DNA from: Botryllus schlosseri
Taxonomy: Eukaryota
Assembly (NCBI GenBank): GCA_051294905.1
Contig: CM119386.1
Coordinates: 7,874,001-7,938,000, forward strand
DNA length: 64,000 nt
Reading direction: 5' to 3'
Shown here: in pieces, positions 12,001-25,281 of the stretch
How the letters are laid out: each line of letters starts with the position of its first letter
Position numbering within the stretch: position 1 is the first letter of the stretch
Program-made: the position numbers and the translations under genes
Notes under the pieces: model-generated
What the model was told of the DNA's origin: nothing
The model's input: the letters and a program-made list of their open reading frames with translations, nothing else
Database searches by the model: none

Positions 12001-12613
12001 AAAGCATCAGTGGTTCTAGACCAGTGGTTCCCAACGTGGGCGATTTGGCGGTCTAGCAGGGCGAAAATGACGAAGGGGGCGATAGGGGGGCGAAAATGGG
12101 CAAAGGGGGCGATAGGGGGCGAAAATTGCGAAGGGGGCGATAAAGGGGCGATGACGCGTTAAAACGGCTATATTGGAGTCAAGGCGGAGAAATGACCTTT
12201 TTTTTAGCCAACCCACCAAAATTTGGTTCCAAAAGTGTAAAATTCGACATCGAGCCGAAAAGTTGACCTTTTTTTTTGGTCAACCCGCCGGTGATTGCAG
12301 TTTGTATGCCCATTTTTCGGTTCACAAAATTTGGGGGGCGATGATCGGTGTTGAACTTGAAAAGGGGGCGATGAGTCGAAAAAGGTTGGGAACCACTGTT
12401 CTAGACCATTTTGATCTCGCGACAACCTCTGAAAGGTAACAATAGTCCGCGGAACCCTAGCGCTTTGAGTTCTAGAGTGCATCATTTGAAAAGCTGATAA
12501 GGACGAAACCATGGGGAGGGGGTATTTAATGAGTTCAACGAAACTACAAAATGACCGTAACAGCACATTTTCAGGGCGACCAACACAATAACTTCTGAGG
12601 AGCTTGCTCACTA

Positions 12614-12669
<56 letters not shown>

Positions 12670-13358
12670 GTGAATTGTCAAGCGATAGGGTACCGTTCTC
12701 GCCACTTTTTCGTCATATTGCGTGTGGACTGTACTCACGAAGACATCTTGGAGAGACGCCAGTCCAGCTCCCGTCCGATCGACACCGTCTGTGGTTTGGC
12801 CCACTAAGTATGTAACCCGAATGGCAATAATATATCACAGTGTCGTCGTAATACATATCGTCTCCGATAATATATCCGAAGCGTGGTGATTCCAATTCGC
12901 CACACCTCAAACCTGGGAGGCAATAATATAGTTGTTATCAACTTTCTCTATCAATTATTAACCCATCAAATTTTAACAAAAAATAGGGTTTTCGCATGCA
13001 GCACTGTATCGCCCTCTGTCGCCACGCGACTGTCAATGTGTAGTATCAATCAGAGACATCAACGCCATCGGAGGAACAGAGATTCAGCAAATTGATTTGA
13101 TGTCACAATACCACAACAAACAAAATGAGAGCATTGCCCAAAATCATGATTGGCTTCACACATACGGCTGAGACAGTAAATGCTGAAACATTGTCAATAT
13201 ACTAGAAAGTAGAATACCGGGATCAAAGCAGGACCATCCACATACATCGTCGCAAATGCACTTTTCGCGGGGGCTGGAACAACCTTCGCTCCGGTTACAC
13301 AAAGGATTACATATTCTTCCCTCTTCGATTCTTGTCTCGTTTCGGACACAAGCCTGAA
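9066..13358 (-). CDS. Secreted-type modular serine protease: WAP-like 8-Cys domain + sushi/CCP + trypsin-like (S1) domain; first (signal) exon not located
   Basis: Exons 13358-13218 (WAP-like, KCICDDVCGWSC), 12912-12739 (sushi), 11639-11500 (CG...KKVVRG...WPWH), 11204-11075 (WVLTAAH), 11006-10885 (DNDICL), 10497-10314 (VRPVCLPC), 10139-9995 (TTGFG), 9624-9483 (DACRGDSGGP), 9263-9066 (GLVSWGWGC, stop). All junctions are GT-AG, phases are consistent, there are no stops, and the catalytic triad and Asp189 equivalent are intact. Confidence 0.92.
9648..9972. mobile_element. hAT-like MITE (tagggttaccata family) in a protease intron
   Basis: Left TIR tagggttaccata, degenerate right end; homologous in reverse orientation to 15071-15482. 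Confidence 0.75.
12022..12398. mobile_element. hAT/Charlie-type MITE in a protease intron
   Basis: TIRs cagtggttcccaac / gttgggaaccactg; perfect TSD TTCTAGAC at 12014-12021 and 12399-12406; internal gggggcga repeats. Confidence 0.93.
12615..12665. repeat. (AC)n microsatellite, ~25 units
   Basis: Perfect dinucleotide run in the intron after the sushi exon. Confidence 0.98.
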
Positions 13359-14059
13359 CTGAAACAGATGTAAGAAGTTTTGCAACTGGCATAGATATAT
13401 CGTAGCCCATGCATTCATTCAGTGATGCACGGAAGTCATATTTTCCATGTCCCTTGAAATTGTTATCAACTACGCAAATGTGTTCCCTTTGGTACACCGC
13501 CTGTGATCACATGTTGTCCATAATTCTACGCGTCGATATTCATAAACGTGTTTGATGCATCTCGACCTGTGTCGTCCGCGAAGAAAAAGGAACGTAATAC
13601 CCATTATCTCACGAAATTCGTGGCATATCTTTGCAAACTTGCGGTCAAATTAAGAGGTATTATGCACTTAATCAACTTGAATATATCTATTATACGGAGC
13701 GCTAATTAAAAACTGTCAATCAAAAGACCGCGAGGAAAGAGGTTTGGAAACCTCATATGGTATAAATTCAGGGTCGTGCAGTCACGTAATTTCCATGGCT
13801 TCAGTTATACTATACTGTCAACTGTTATTAGTAATTGGTAGTAATGAACTTCCGGTTAACTTGAAGTCTTGTTTCAAAATCACACCAACGATACAACATT
13901 TCGATTTCGTTTCTTCGTGTTTCGTAAACTTGTTCCAGTTTCACAGTTCGATTTCACACAGGCGGCGGTTTGTGAGAAACGAGTAAATTCAAAGCAATCA
14001 CTGGCGCTGAACGGTGCCTTTAACGCGTATATTTTCTATTGGACACTGTGACGCCATCT

Positions 14060-14661
14060 ATGTATATTACATAGCAATGGATCATTCTTGTAAATATTTT
14101 CCACTCCACCCCAATTTCTACCCGCGTAACCCTATTTTCACCCTGTCTACTTTTGGACATAGGAATAGGGCGTCGTATAGTTTTGTCCTTGATGATTTTG
14201 CGTCATATACACCGGCTCGTACGTAGTACACAATTACACAGTACACACGATCAGTGCATGATGTACATTTGCAGTTGGACAAGGAAGGTTCAGATATAAC
14301 CTTGTAAGGTTTTCAAAGTCTTGCATCCCCTCCATGTTATCTCGAAAATGTTCAGCGCCATGCGGGGTGCACATGACCTTAATGTGGGAAAATCGCGATT
14401 GTTGTAGGGGAGATGTGGTACCGGTGAGACACTGGAACCGATAATACTTGAAATATTCACCACGATAATCCTATGATTACGCTCCGTGAATTCGGTAACT
14501 ACTGCATGCTGGCGGAATCTTTCCACGCGTGCAAATAACTTTGACCTGTGCGAGTTATGGGGTCCGTGACAGATGTTATCTGTTTTGGGGGTATAAAATG
14601 AATTTCGATAACCATATAAATTTTGCTTTGTAACCTTCAACACGAACAAACCAGCAATCAT
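14060..14661 (-). pseudogene. Short-chain dehydrogenase/reductase (SDR)-like fragment
   Basis: ORF 14661-14290 contains EFTERNHRIIVVNISSIIGSSVSPVPHLPY, resembling the ER.kG.IvNISS.aG..P.P...Y region of classical SDRs. The YxxxK Lys is absent and downstream frames have stops. Confidence 0.35.
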
Positions 14662-15070
14662 TTTAATCGGAAGTGTAGGGCTTGTATCAGGCTATATAAT
14701 GAAACATTTTTTATTCAATGTCATCCTTGAGTGAACTTTTTTCAATTTAATTACCAAATTTATAGCGTGGGGACCGGTGATAGCATAGTCCGGAGTTGAC
14801 CTAAAAATCATGCTACAACAGAAACACGCTTACATACAGAGAGAGAGTTTGTATGCCATAATGTCATGTGATATTTTATCGCTATAACGAGCCATATGGA
14901 AGTCAAAATGTCGATTTTCGGGCAATAACCCTCCAATGTCGAAGTTCGAGCCTAATCATGAACACATGAGATAATTATTCGAATTTTCTGAAGTGGCGAC
15001 GAAACATTCTTATTTGACTTGCTGTAGGTTAGATTATAGTACACAGCAAGAAAAGTTGGAACATCTATGA

Positions 15071-15482
15071 TAGGGTTACCATACGTCCTCTTTGAAGAAG
15101 ATTTGTCCTGTTTTTTGAGATTTTATCCTCTTTTTTGAGAATTTCAGTTAAATAGAGGGTCAAATCCGACTGCGATACAGTAAATCAGCACTGAAGTGAC
15201 ACTGCGGCGGCTATTTCGGGTGCTGAGCCGGAAAGTTAACCTTATTTTTTATTTTTTAGTCAACCAACTGATAATGTGAAAGAAAAACTGTATTTTGGCA
15301 GCTGAGCGAGAAGGTTGAGCTTTCTTTTTAGTCGGTAGTTGAGCCGGAAAGTTTCGTTTAGTCAACCGACCACATGAAGTGGGAAAAATTTACCATTTTG
15401 TCAGGATTTTCATCCGGTATCGCAAGTTTGAAAATTTTGAAAAAGTGTCCTCTTTTCAGATTTCCAAATTATGGTCACCCTA
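15071..15482. mobile_element. hAT-like MITE (tagggttaccata family)
   Basis: TIRs tagggttaccata / tatggtcacccta; perfect TSD ATCTATGA at 15063-15070 and 15483-15490. Confidence 0.93.
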
Positions 15483-18400
15483 ATCTATGAGTTTTTGAGC
15501 GTATGTCTCAAGAGTCCCCAGGTGCCTATGAACCCACCCGGTGGGGACCGATGATACGTTGGAGCAACAATTTTTAAACATCATAAATATTTTTTTAGAA
15601 GGCGGATATTCATGAATATGTCCGCGGTAGGTAGAGCTTGGATCAAAGTGTTGAGCCAGCAAAAAAAGTGCTGTTATCGACTGAACATTTGGAGGTCAGA
15701 GATCATTTGGTGATTTTTGATCCATCGATACCACATCTTCCCTATGCGTGAATAAAAAAAAAACAAGCAAGGAGTGCGGAAGTTTCAATCTTGTTTATTT
15801 TTACAACTATTGACACAATAATTTCTATTAAACCCCCTACCCTGTGCTTACAAAACATAAGACTGGTCTGTGCAACCATACGTTATAGTAAAAATGACCA
15901 CATCAATCACATACCTCGTTCATTTCATGCAAGCTCCAAGTATATTGCATTCGTATACATAAAAAAAGTCCTCTCTGATGCAATTACGCTTTACCAATTT
16001 CAAAATCGACAATTTCTAATTTCATGGCAATTTCACTGCAAATATTTACACATTTGACGTCGTATGATAAGGAAGTATCCTTGTCTTCAAATCGAGCAAA
16101 ATAGCTTCCAATGTGTCGAAAATAATGAGTCAGAAAAGACGTAGCGAGGTGTTTCGACTATTACTACGTTACACGGCAGCAGCCATTAATTACGCATTTT
16201 CCGCGATAACGGTAATGTATACGTTGACTGAATTTGATAATGCGCATTTCTACTTGTACTTGTGGGATGATTTCATACGGACAGGTTTCACCATTTTGCC
16301 AATATCGGTTCTTTATTCACGGAAAGACATGCTTAGACGCCACGATACATTATTATAAGACACCCCTTACCTACAGCTTTAATGTTGATGGGATGAGCTA
16401 TCGTGAAACATACTTCCGAATTGATATGGCCCAGAAATGACATGCCCCAAAATGTTTCTGGTATCGACTTATAGAGTAGCGCTAAGCAATATCAGAGTAT
16501 GTGAAATTTAGTGTAAAATTCTACATGTACGGAAAATGTGATAATCAAACCTCGTCTTTAACCAAACAACTTTTCGTGATCTCATCTCGTGTCCCAAACG
16601 CAAGATAACAAAAGTCGAAATTCACTTTTGTGTAACTACCAGTCGGGTCTTATGCATATTATCGGAAATGAGAAAATTTTGTTCTTAACCGCAATCGTTG
16701 GACTCACCGTCACGCGACAATGGCACGAAAATAATATAAGATGAATACAGGACTTGACGATGAACTAAACATGGATACTTGCGGATGGTCTGTTTTCTCA
16801 ATGCCATAATATCTAATACGCAGTCAACAGACCCCCCTCATACCAAATAGCCATTATTGGTTATCGCACGTGCTTCGAGACCATATACATCACTGCATTC
16901 ACTACAATGAGCAATGAGCATATAGTAATCGAGCGGAGTTTCCTCTTCACGCGCTGGAAGATATGCAGACAAGCGTATGGTTTTCCGATTACAAAACACA
17001 CAGTGATGACGTCAGAACGTAGGTATCTCATTAGCGAATTTGAATACCAAACTCGGCAACGATGCCAAACGGCGGTCCTCTAAATTCGACAGGAAATGTT
17101 ACGGCCATCATCAGACAAATCGACCACACAATAATATGCGTTCTGGTAAACAGCCCTTAGTACGACCAACGCCGGCGCCAGAAACAATAAAGAGACTTCA
17201 GATAAGTATCATTTTAAGACAAGTTTCTTCCTTCCGTTTTTCAAGACATGATTAATGACGTATCAGACGTAGTACATTCGTTGCTATCGCTACAATGGAA
17301 CTTTCATTTATTATTCAGACGCCATTTTACTGTTCCATTCCCCAATTACTGGACTTTGAATACAAACGACTATTGTACAGGGATGGATGTAGTCACATCC
17401 GTGGCCATAATAAGCCCTGCCTCCTGAATTTAAATGATGACACCACACGTGCTGGTTGTAATTGACGTTTGTCGGTTGTAAGTAATAAAATACGCGATCA
17501 CGTATACGCAGTTTATTATATCTTACATGTAAATTGTGGTGTCAAACTGTCAAACCTAGGCACGACTGCATGTGAGCAATTGTGAAATATACACACTACA
17601 CGGTACACAGTGCAATATACAAGCCTCGACTAGCCTGGATCGCGAGCTTTGTCAAGTCGAATGCAAAAGGTTGTACTAAACGAGATAACCAATTGATATA
17701 GTGGAAGCGTACTATTGTATTAAAACGAATATTGATCTCTCATGTTCTGCAGTTATGAATGCATCGAACGGTCTCTAGTGACAAATGAAGGACAAGTACA
17801 TATTGTACGCAGGTATACTCGATGCTCATGCCCATTGACACTTTACGTCCTCGCAATATAAATTAAGCAAATCTGCTCACTACGCAACTATTAGGCAATG
17901 CGACTATAGGGCAAGGCAGAGTGAATATTAACTGGAGTACTCGAAAGCGAGTCGAATATTGAGTAAAACGATTCGAGCCCATAGTAGTGCATAAGTGGAC
18001 TTAATCCAGTACCGAATGTATTAAACCCTTGGGACGAATAACTGTTTCAGCCACAATGATTGTAGTCTCGGCGGCGCTTTCGATGGAACGACATGCATGT
18101 TTGATGATAAAGCGGCAGAATTGTCACGAAATGCTGTGTCACAGTTAGGTTGAAAATATATATTTTGGTCAGTGCAATTGGAATTTTTTTCTTTGCGATC
18201 GTATAAAAGGTACATTTTGCTGTTTTATTCTTGCCTTATATGACGTCATAATGAATGATACTGGACGCTCTTTATTCAACTCCGAATCGAATCAATGTGG
18301 GACTCGATTTCGCCCTGCCCTAAATGTTACCCACAAGGTGTGTCGCATATTTTGCGAGACACCGTGATTTGTGAATTACATCGTATAGAACGCACACCCA

Positions 18401-18539
18401 TTACATCTATCCAATCACAAATAATGAAGTTTAGCGCTAGATAAGACTTGATTCATTAGTCCTGATGATACCTCAATTAATACCACATCGTTAATTCATA
18501 ATGATACGAAAAAAGATGTTGCATGCGCTAGAAACTACC

Positions 18540-18620
18540 ACGGATATGCCTGCCCCTTGCCTTTGGCATCAAACACCCGCACCTAATAGATACTGCCTGG
18601 GCAATGGGCATTGGAGCTAT
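18540..18620 (+). pseudogene. Decayed sushi/CCP fragment abutting a MITE end
   Basis: GYACP (18542) then, after a frameshift, RYCLGNGHWS (18588-18617), the R.C..nG.WS motif; followed by tagtggtgctcaaccctttt, a Charlie-like terminus. Confidence 0.35.
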
Positions 18621-19059
18621 AGATTAGTGGTGCTCAACCCTTTTGTAGCCGCGGCCCACTTTACGATTACAATTTTAGAAAATATCGCGTGGCTCGCCTC
18701 TCAATGTTCTGCACGAACTATGCAAAAAAAGAGTATGTTTTGTTACGTAACATTGGATATCGGTTGACAGATATAGATGATATCGTCTGATATGGCCCGT
18801 GTGATGTTTCATTACCGTCGTGTTGACTATGGATATGGTTAGGCCCGTTAACGCTGTAGTCTGCGAAGCTCTGTAGCTAGGTAAAGAGCAGTTACGTGTC
18901 TACTCCACGATCATTGTTACGGTAGATCCTTTCAAACAGCTGTAACTAATAACGAGCATTAACACATGGTTTCCAACCCATATGTTAATCTTACGACATG
19001 GGGCAATATTTTTAGATTTTGGTCGGTGTAGAAATATTCCGCAAAATTGCCTCACCTAT

Positions 19060-19490
19060 AGGGTTTAGATTTGTACGGACTATAGATCTATAGTCAGTTG
19101 ACGTTCATCTAACTACCGTTACATATAGTTCTAGACTTCTAGTTCTAGTTGCGGATTTTGAAAAGTGAGTATAGTTCTAGTTCTAGTTGCGCATTAAAAA
19201 AAAGGTTGCCGAACGACCAGAAAACAGGTGTCGTCGTTTGGCGTGAATCGTGACACAGGTGGTTTTGCCAGGGGGTGGGTTGTGGGGGTAGAAATCCCTA
19301 CCATTTAAAACTAGTACTGATGCTCTTGTGGAAAGCCGACCCAAATCCGATAAATTAAAAACTAAAAATTTATTTCGGAACTGAATTTGTTTGGTTAGTT
19401 ATATTTTAGTTAGAGTTACGTTTTTAAAGGTCGTTAGTTCTAGTTCTAGTAACGAGTTTTCAAAATCCAGTAGTTTGTACAACAATGTAC
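19060..19490. repeat. Interspersed repeat with tagttctagtt subterminal motifs (probable non-autonomous DNA element)
   Basis: Repeated tagttctagttctag motifs at ~19126-19190 and ~19435-19450; ends not resolved. Confidence 0.45.
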
Positions 19491-22400
19491 GAATGTAACA
19501 CTCTGCTACGCTCATATATCGGCCTGCATGGGCCTATCACCACAGTAAACACCTAGCGGGACGGAAAAATCCATAACACTAACAAACTCTTTATGCACTA
19601 ACGAGCATATCGTAAACAGATGTGAGTAAAATGAAAAATATAAAATTGTTGGTGATGTATCAAGTTGCCGAGGCGTTAAATGAATGCCTTCTCGTACGTT
19701 GCAACCTCGATAAGAGCAAAATTAAGACTTTTGGATAACATTAATCATAGTTCTACCACTTACGTTAGATTTTTATCGACAACGACTGTATACAAGTTAT
19801 GATCGTCTAACGATTAAGTTCAATCACACCATCATTACCAATGACGCGCATAGTGTTGAGACATATATCAAACCCACATGTTACACCTGTATCGATTTAT
19901 GTATGTCTGGACGGTGAGGCGTAGCAGTCTACAGAAAAATGTCAAGTATTCTGCCATTTACTTTACATTATTATCCATTTTAGGACATAACACACAACAT
20001 TGTCTACAAATCTGTCATAGGGTTCATTTTTGAGTTACAGCGGTGTGAAGTACATGAGTTTTTCATAACTACACACCCCGATGACAATTACAGGTAGTGC
20101 AATCGATCATGATAAGGAATCAAGGCATACTTTATGTAAATGTAAAACCTGATTAGCACCGGTAAATTAGCGAAGGGTTTCTAAAAGATATGGTTTGAGT
20201 TAATAAAGGTGTATCTCAACACCACATCTAACACTTAAATCCCTGATATTCAACTCGACTCATATATTGCATTCGTTTCTATACCAAATTTTGCTACAGT
20301 ATACTAAACGAAATTTTATCAAGGGGAGACTGGACAAGGCAAGAAAGGTCGACTGTCATTATAATCTTACCTTGTCTTTCCTCATCGAAAATTCAATGTA
20401 ATTAATTGAAGTCTCCGCTTTTATCGATGTAGATACTTATAGTAATTATTGACAAATCTCTGAAACGAAACTAACTCACCTAGACTTTTGTGCGCAAGAA
20501 TCCATATCAAAATAACTCCCACATCTGGAAGACGGCGCCTCGACATGATCACAGACCGCAAACGCGTTCAAGTCTATACCTACGTATCTGTAATCATGAA
20601 TATCGAATTCCTAAATTACAGTCGTAAATTCGTTAGCAGCACTGACGAGGCATCCGACCTAAATGCGTGACCATCACGATTTGCAGGTCCGGCCTAAATA
20701 TAGAACTGTCACCAGAGTTCGACTATTTAATTTCCAGGAAACGACCGTGTCATTCCCTTCTTTGAATATCCATTTTCGTGCGCGCCACTCCAACCCATCA
20801 ATCTGCGTCGATTGTATCTTGGCGGGCGCGATACAATTAATTGTGGATCGCTTCGTGTCATTAATAATTAGTCAGTGTCAAATTGCCAATATATGGCGCG
20901 ATAATCAGATGCTTGTCCGTGGAATTACGGCTCGGCGCGGTTAAACATGAGTCGCTGGTTGGTAATCTGTAAGCCTGGCAGGTACGAAATTTTATTTTGA
21001 CCATCGCATGGCGAAAGATGCAAGGTCCCTTGTCAAAGAATAGCAGGCCCAAGGACTACATTTTGTGTCACATGGTGTAATTATAATTAGGAGCTATAGC
21101 TCCTCAAAGATTATGTGGCTGGAGGAAACATACGGGAACGGAATCTACTTAAATATAGTAGATAACGAAGGCTTATATGGGGATGTAGGTAATGTCGCGG
21201 TTTTGGAGATAATAACACTACAATCGGCAATGCTATTAATTACTGAAGCCATAGAATTTACTCACACTATCGTTGTGGAAATCGCTAATAAACGATGCAC
21301 CAATAGCATATGTTGCATCTACATCAGGGGTGGCTAAAGGGCCACATGAGATTTACGGAACGTTGCGGGGGCCACTTGAATATGGATGACTTTTTGGTAG
21401 TCGTCCAATAAGAGCGAACCGGATTAGGTAATGGTGAAGACAAGACATATATTACTACGCATCAAAGTCGATAACAATAACGTCATTAAAACCAAGTTCA
21501 CAACTTCACATTATTGTCATAGCTGCGCCATGCGCGCAAATTTTTCAAAGTTAATGAATTATTTCGGTCAATAATAATGGTACTTGCATATATTTCGGGT
21601 CGCCTCTGTATACTGCTGTGCTCATTTGGCAAGGACTGAATTATTCGGGGCCTGGACATATCAATATCGACGGTTTCGGTGAACAAAATGTGTCTTATTT
21701 TGTGCCAAGGTTTCATCGCTGACGATCTTTCTGCGAGTTGTAGACGCGAAGTCGCATCTTGGACGACATCACGTTCTCTCGTAATTGCTAATTATAGCTA
21801 GAATCAATTTTGTGAATTGGGCGTGTTTTAAATTTTCAGGAGGGGGTAGCACTACCAATACTAAAAGCAAGTAATCGAGTGACAATAAATCGCGCGAAGT
21901 GCTGAGAAAATATCAAGTCAAAAAACCTGCCACGAGATATTATATATTTCATGGTCATTGGTCATGGTCATATACGAAGATCTACGAAAAATGTGACTGG
22001 CCCCTGACTACTCCAATGCGTCGGACCTGATATTTTAGTCTTTTAGTCATCAACATAACGCATTTCGTGGTCAGGCTAATCAAATATTTGGTCGGCCTTG
22101 CAAGTTTACAATAAATCACACGGGTGATTTATTTTTCGATATTATTGCTAATTTCGAAAATTACCTCGCGGGCCACCCAAAAACTTCTCGCGGGTCACGG
22201 GTTGGCAGCCCCTGATCTACATTCTGTAAAATTACAAGCATAATATGGGGCACGAAAATATTGAACTCATTGCCCAGGCTCTGCTCCTGAATCGTGGTTG
22301 GCATAACTAATATATCTGAGCTACCTATCGTTATAGGATGACGAATTTATACATATATGAAAAATATATAGATTATTTGCTGGCAATCGAAACGCATATC

Positions 22401-25281
22401 TTCACTGTCATGCCGTTAATCCGGTTTTCTCAATAATTTTGTAGAGGCTTGCAAACTCGGAAATACCGCGCGAAACAGTTGGTATAGATACATGTATTCC
22501 GGGCGCGTAAACCTGCTCAGCATTTGTACGTAAATATCACAGAAAATAAACATTGCGGAACCATGAGGCTTTTTATAAGCTATATGAGTCTGCTAATGAT
22601 GCAACATACAGCAATGCTGAAATATCAGCGAATAAAATGCCTATACGACAGATTTTTAGTTTCCATCACTTGTAAAGGCGCACCCATGCACCTCCTGGAA
22701 TATGTGATTCTAAGTTGTAGTGCTACACTATCTTATTTTTGATTTACATGTAACCATTGAAAATCTATAGACAGATTAGGTGAGTAGTTTTGCATTTCTA
22801 ACTAGAGATACGTATTATGTCGATAATACAATAATTCATTTTCGTATCTACATTCGTGGAACATACTCATGTCTTGGTTTGGATTATAACGGTATTACGG
22901 AGACTGATCACTCCATTAACGGCAAACGAAATTTGATACCATATTCCAATTCAGTCGTAGGTTCTACAAACGTAAATATACAATGACCTCAGATGTATCG
23001 CGATTATGCGTCACCGGAATTCCATCTGACACAGTCGACTTCACTTTGTATAATATACCGATCAGTTCCGAAGTAAATTATTCGCTCAAATTTCACTAGT
23101 TTATGGGAAAATAACGAAAAGCCTCTGACTCTCGAAAACTTATTTAAGAAAAGCTTCCACAACATCAAAGATTGAATTTATCACTGGAAATGATATACAG
23201 TTCAACTTCTAACTCATTCGCAAACGCAGGATATATCTGCCACTACCAGGAATCACACCGAAATTACGACGAAATAGAAGACGCACTGGTGCTGTGGATG
23301 TCAATATCGTAGATAGCGTCTATGAGTAGGTGTTGATCGTGAATGATAAACGTTCAAAGGTATACTCGGTATTGGGTGAATTACCTGCCGGGCGCATTCG
23401 ACTGGTTTTGGAGTAAATTGCTCAATCACGGACTGTATTTATGAAAAGAAGAAGCCACTGCAATGACCTTTCTGCGATACCATCTCTTTGTAAGGAAATT
23501 GCCATGATTTCGGGAAGATACCCAACTTTTCCGACAATCACTTCGAGGCGAATGAATGTCAACAATGACGTAGTGAGCTATTAGGTAAACGAATTCTACC
23601 TATCTTCTATCTGTAGTTTCCTAGTTTCAACCTATAAACTATATATCAGTTCAATGCTACTAGGTCATATTTCATAATATTGCAACACTACAATATTCGT
23701 ATACATCATCTTGTCATCTGACTTATTCACTCTGTTTCTTCATTTGTTCCCTTCACCATTAAAAAAAACACAAGATTACAAAAACTTAAATGACAGCAAT
23801 TTGTTTAAATGACTTATCAAATCAAAGTCAAATCCAACCCACATCTCCCTCTGTCATAATAATAATAACATACTGCGTAGCTATAACCGCTATGTACGTT
23901 GAATGGGTCAACATACAGAATTTGTAACGTAAAATGGGACGCAGAAGGTAAAAGGTATATGCTTTGGTGCGAGAATGGCGAAAGCGATCAGCTATTTATA
24001 TCCCATTCCAAATAATTCCATATACGTTAATAACTGGTGCTTCAATCTATCTTCGCGTCTTATCCGCTGTTGCAACTACTACAGAGACATATACGATAAT
24101 CTATAACAACATTTCAATGTCACTATTATAACGATGCTCAACGTTGGAAAAATACATCAGATATGGTGCCGTGGCTTACATAAGCAAACGCAGTCGACGA
24201 TTCAATAGTTCTTGACACACAATTCTGACTACACGGTTTATTCTCTTCATTTTCAACTTTCACGCAATACTCGATATGCCTACGAAACACACTCATATTT
24301 AGGTTACGCTAATCCATCAAAGTTATTTTAACACGGAACGTTTCTCCGGCATGCATTAATGACAGATTTCTTACGCAGCAGCTGAATTAACGTTCAGATA
24401 CAAATAAAACACCGAAAGGTCGCCGTAGATGTTGAACTGACGCAAATTCGAGCGCGTTGAAGTCCATCTGCGTACATCCTGCGATCATTTGTATGCTAAA
24501 ATCTGTTTGGTGGCCCTGCTTCCAGAACATCGTGTCTACATGTGGCAAATAATTATCGCATTATTGTCGTAAAGGTACGCAAAATATCGCAATTTTGCCA
24601 GGAATTATCTAATCACGGACTCTAGGTGTGTTCTGATGTATACCGAAGGAGCTTCACTTACCTGTGCAATGTCAACTAATGACGGCCTCCAATTATTTGC
24701 GGTCGACTGGGGTAATTATTATCTACTTGGAACTGATTGCCCCAGAATCCGATATGAGCGACGATAGCACAGTCATTTTTTATGGCACCGAGAAAGAACA
24801 ACTTATCGTTTAATTTAAAACCACGGATACATTTATATATCACATCTTAAACTATGCCCTAATGAAAACACATGCACCTGCATTAGCTGACTTGAACGAC
24901 CAGACCAACACAATCAGCAGGGAAAATGGATAATTCAACCACATTCTCTAGCGTCACCGTCTGGAGAGCTGTAATGCAAATCATCTGTCATTACACCATG
25001 CGATTGCAAATCAAGTGAGGTGAAGGCAGGTGTAGTTCATATCATACTTACATATCGGGCTGTCACATCATAGCATATCGTCATGGGCAAGAGATTTGCA
25101 CATTTACACAAACAAAGAGCGAAAACGCACAAGTGCTCAAAACAATAGTAAATGGAAAAATGAGGTCCTACAGCAATGTTTCTTAAACTTTTTAGACCGC
25201 AACCCAAATCTGAGTTTTAATGCCATCTCGCGACCCAATCCTCACACATCAGAAAAAATACATTTTCAATATTAGTATGCT

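Noticed and set aside
12016-12807. ORFs 12016-12219, 12204-12662, 12571-12804 and 12604-12807
   Set aside because: They are artefacts of the (AC)n microsatellite and the GC-rich MITE.
13690-13760. ATG at ~13757 (MRFPNLF...) as the protease signal-peptide exon
   Set aside because: There is no hydrophobic core in frame and no good donor; the first exon is left unassigned.
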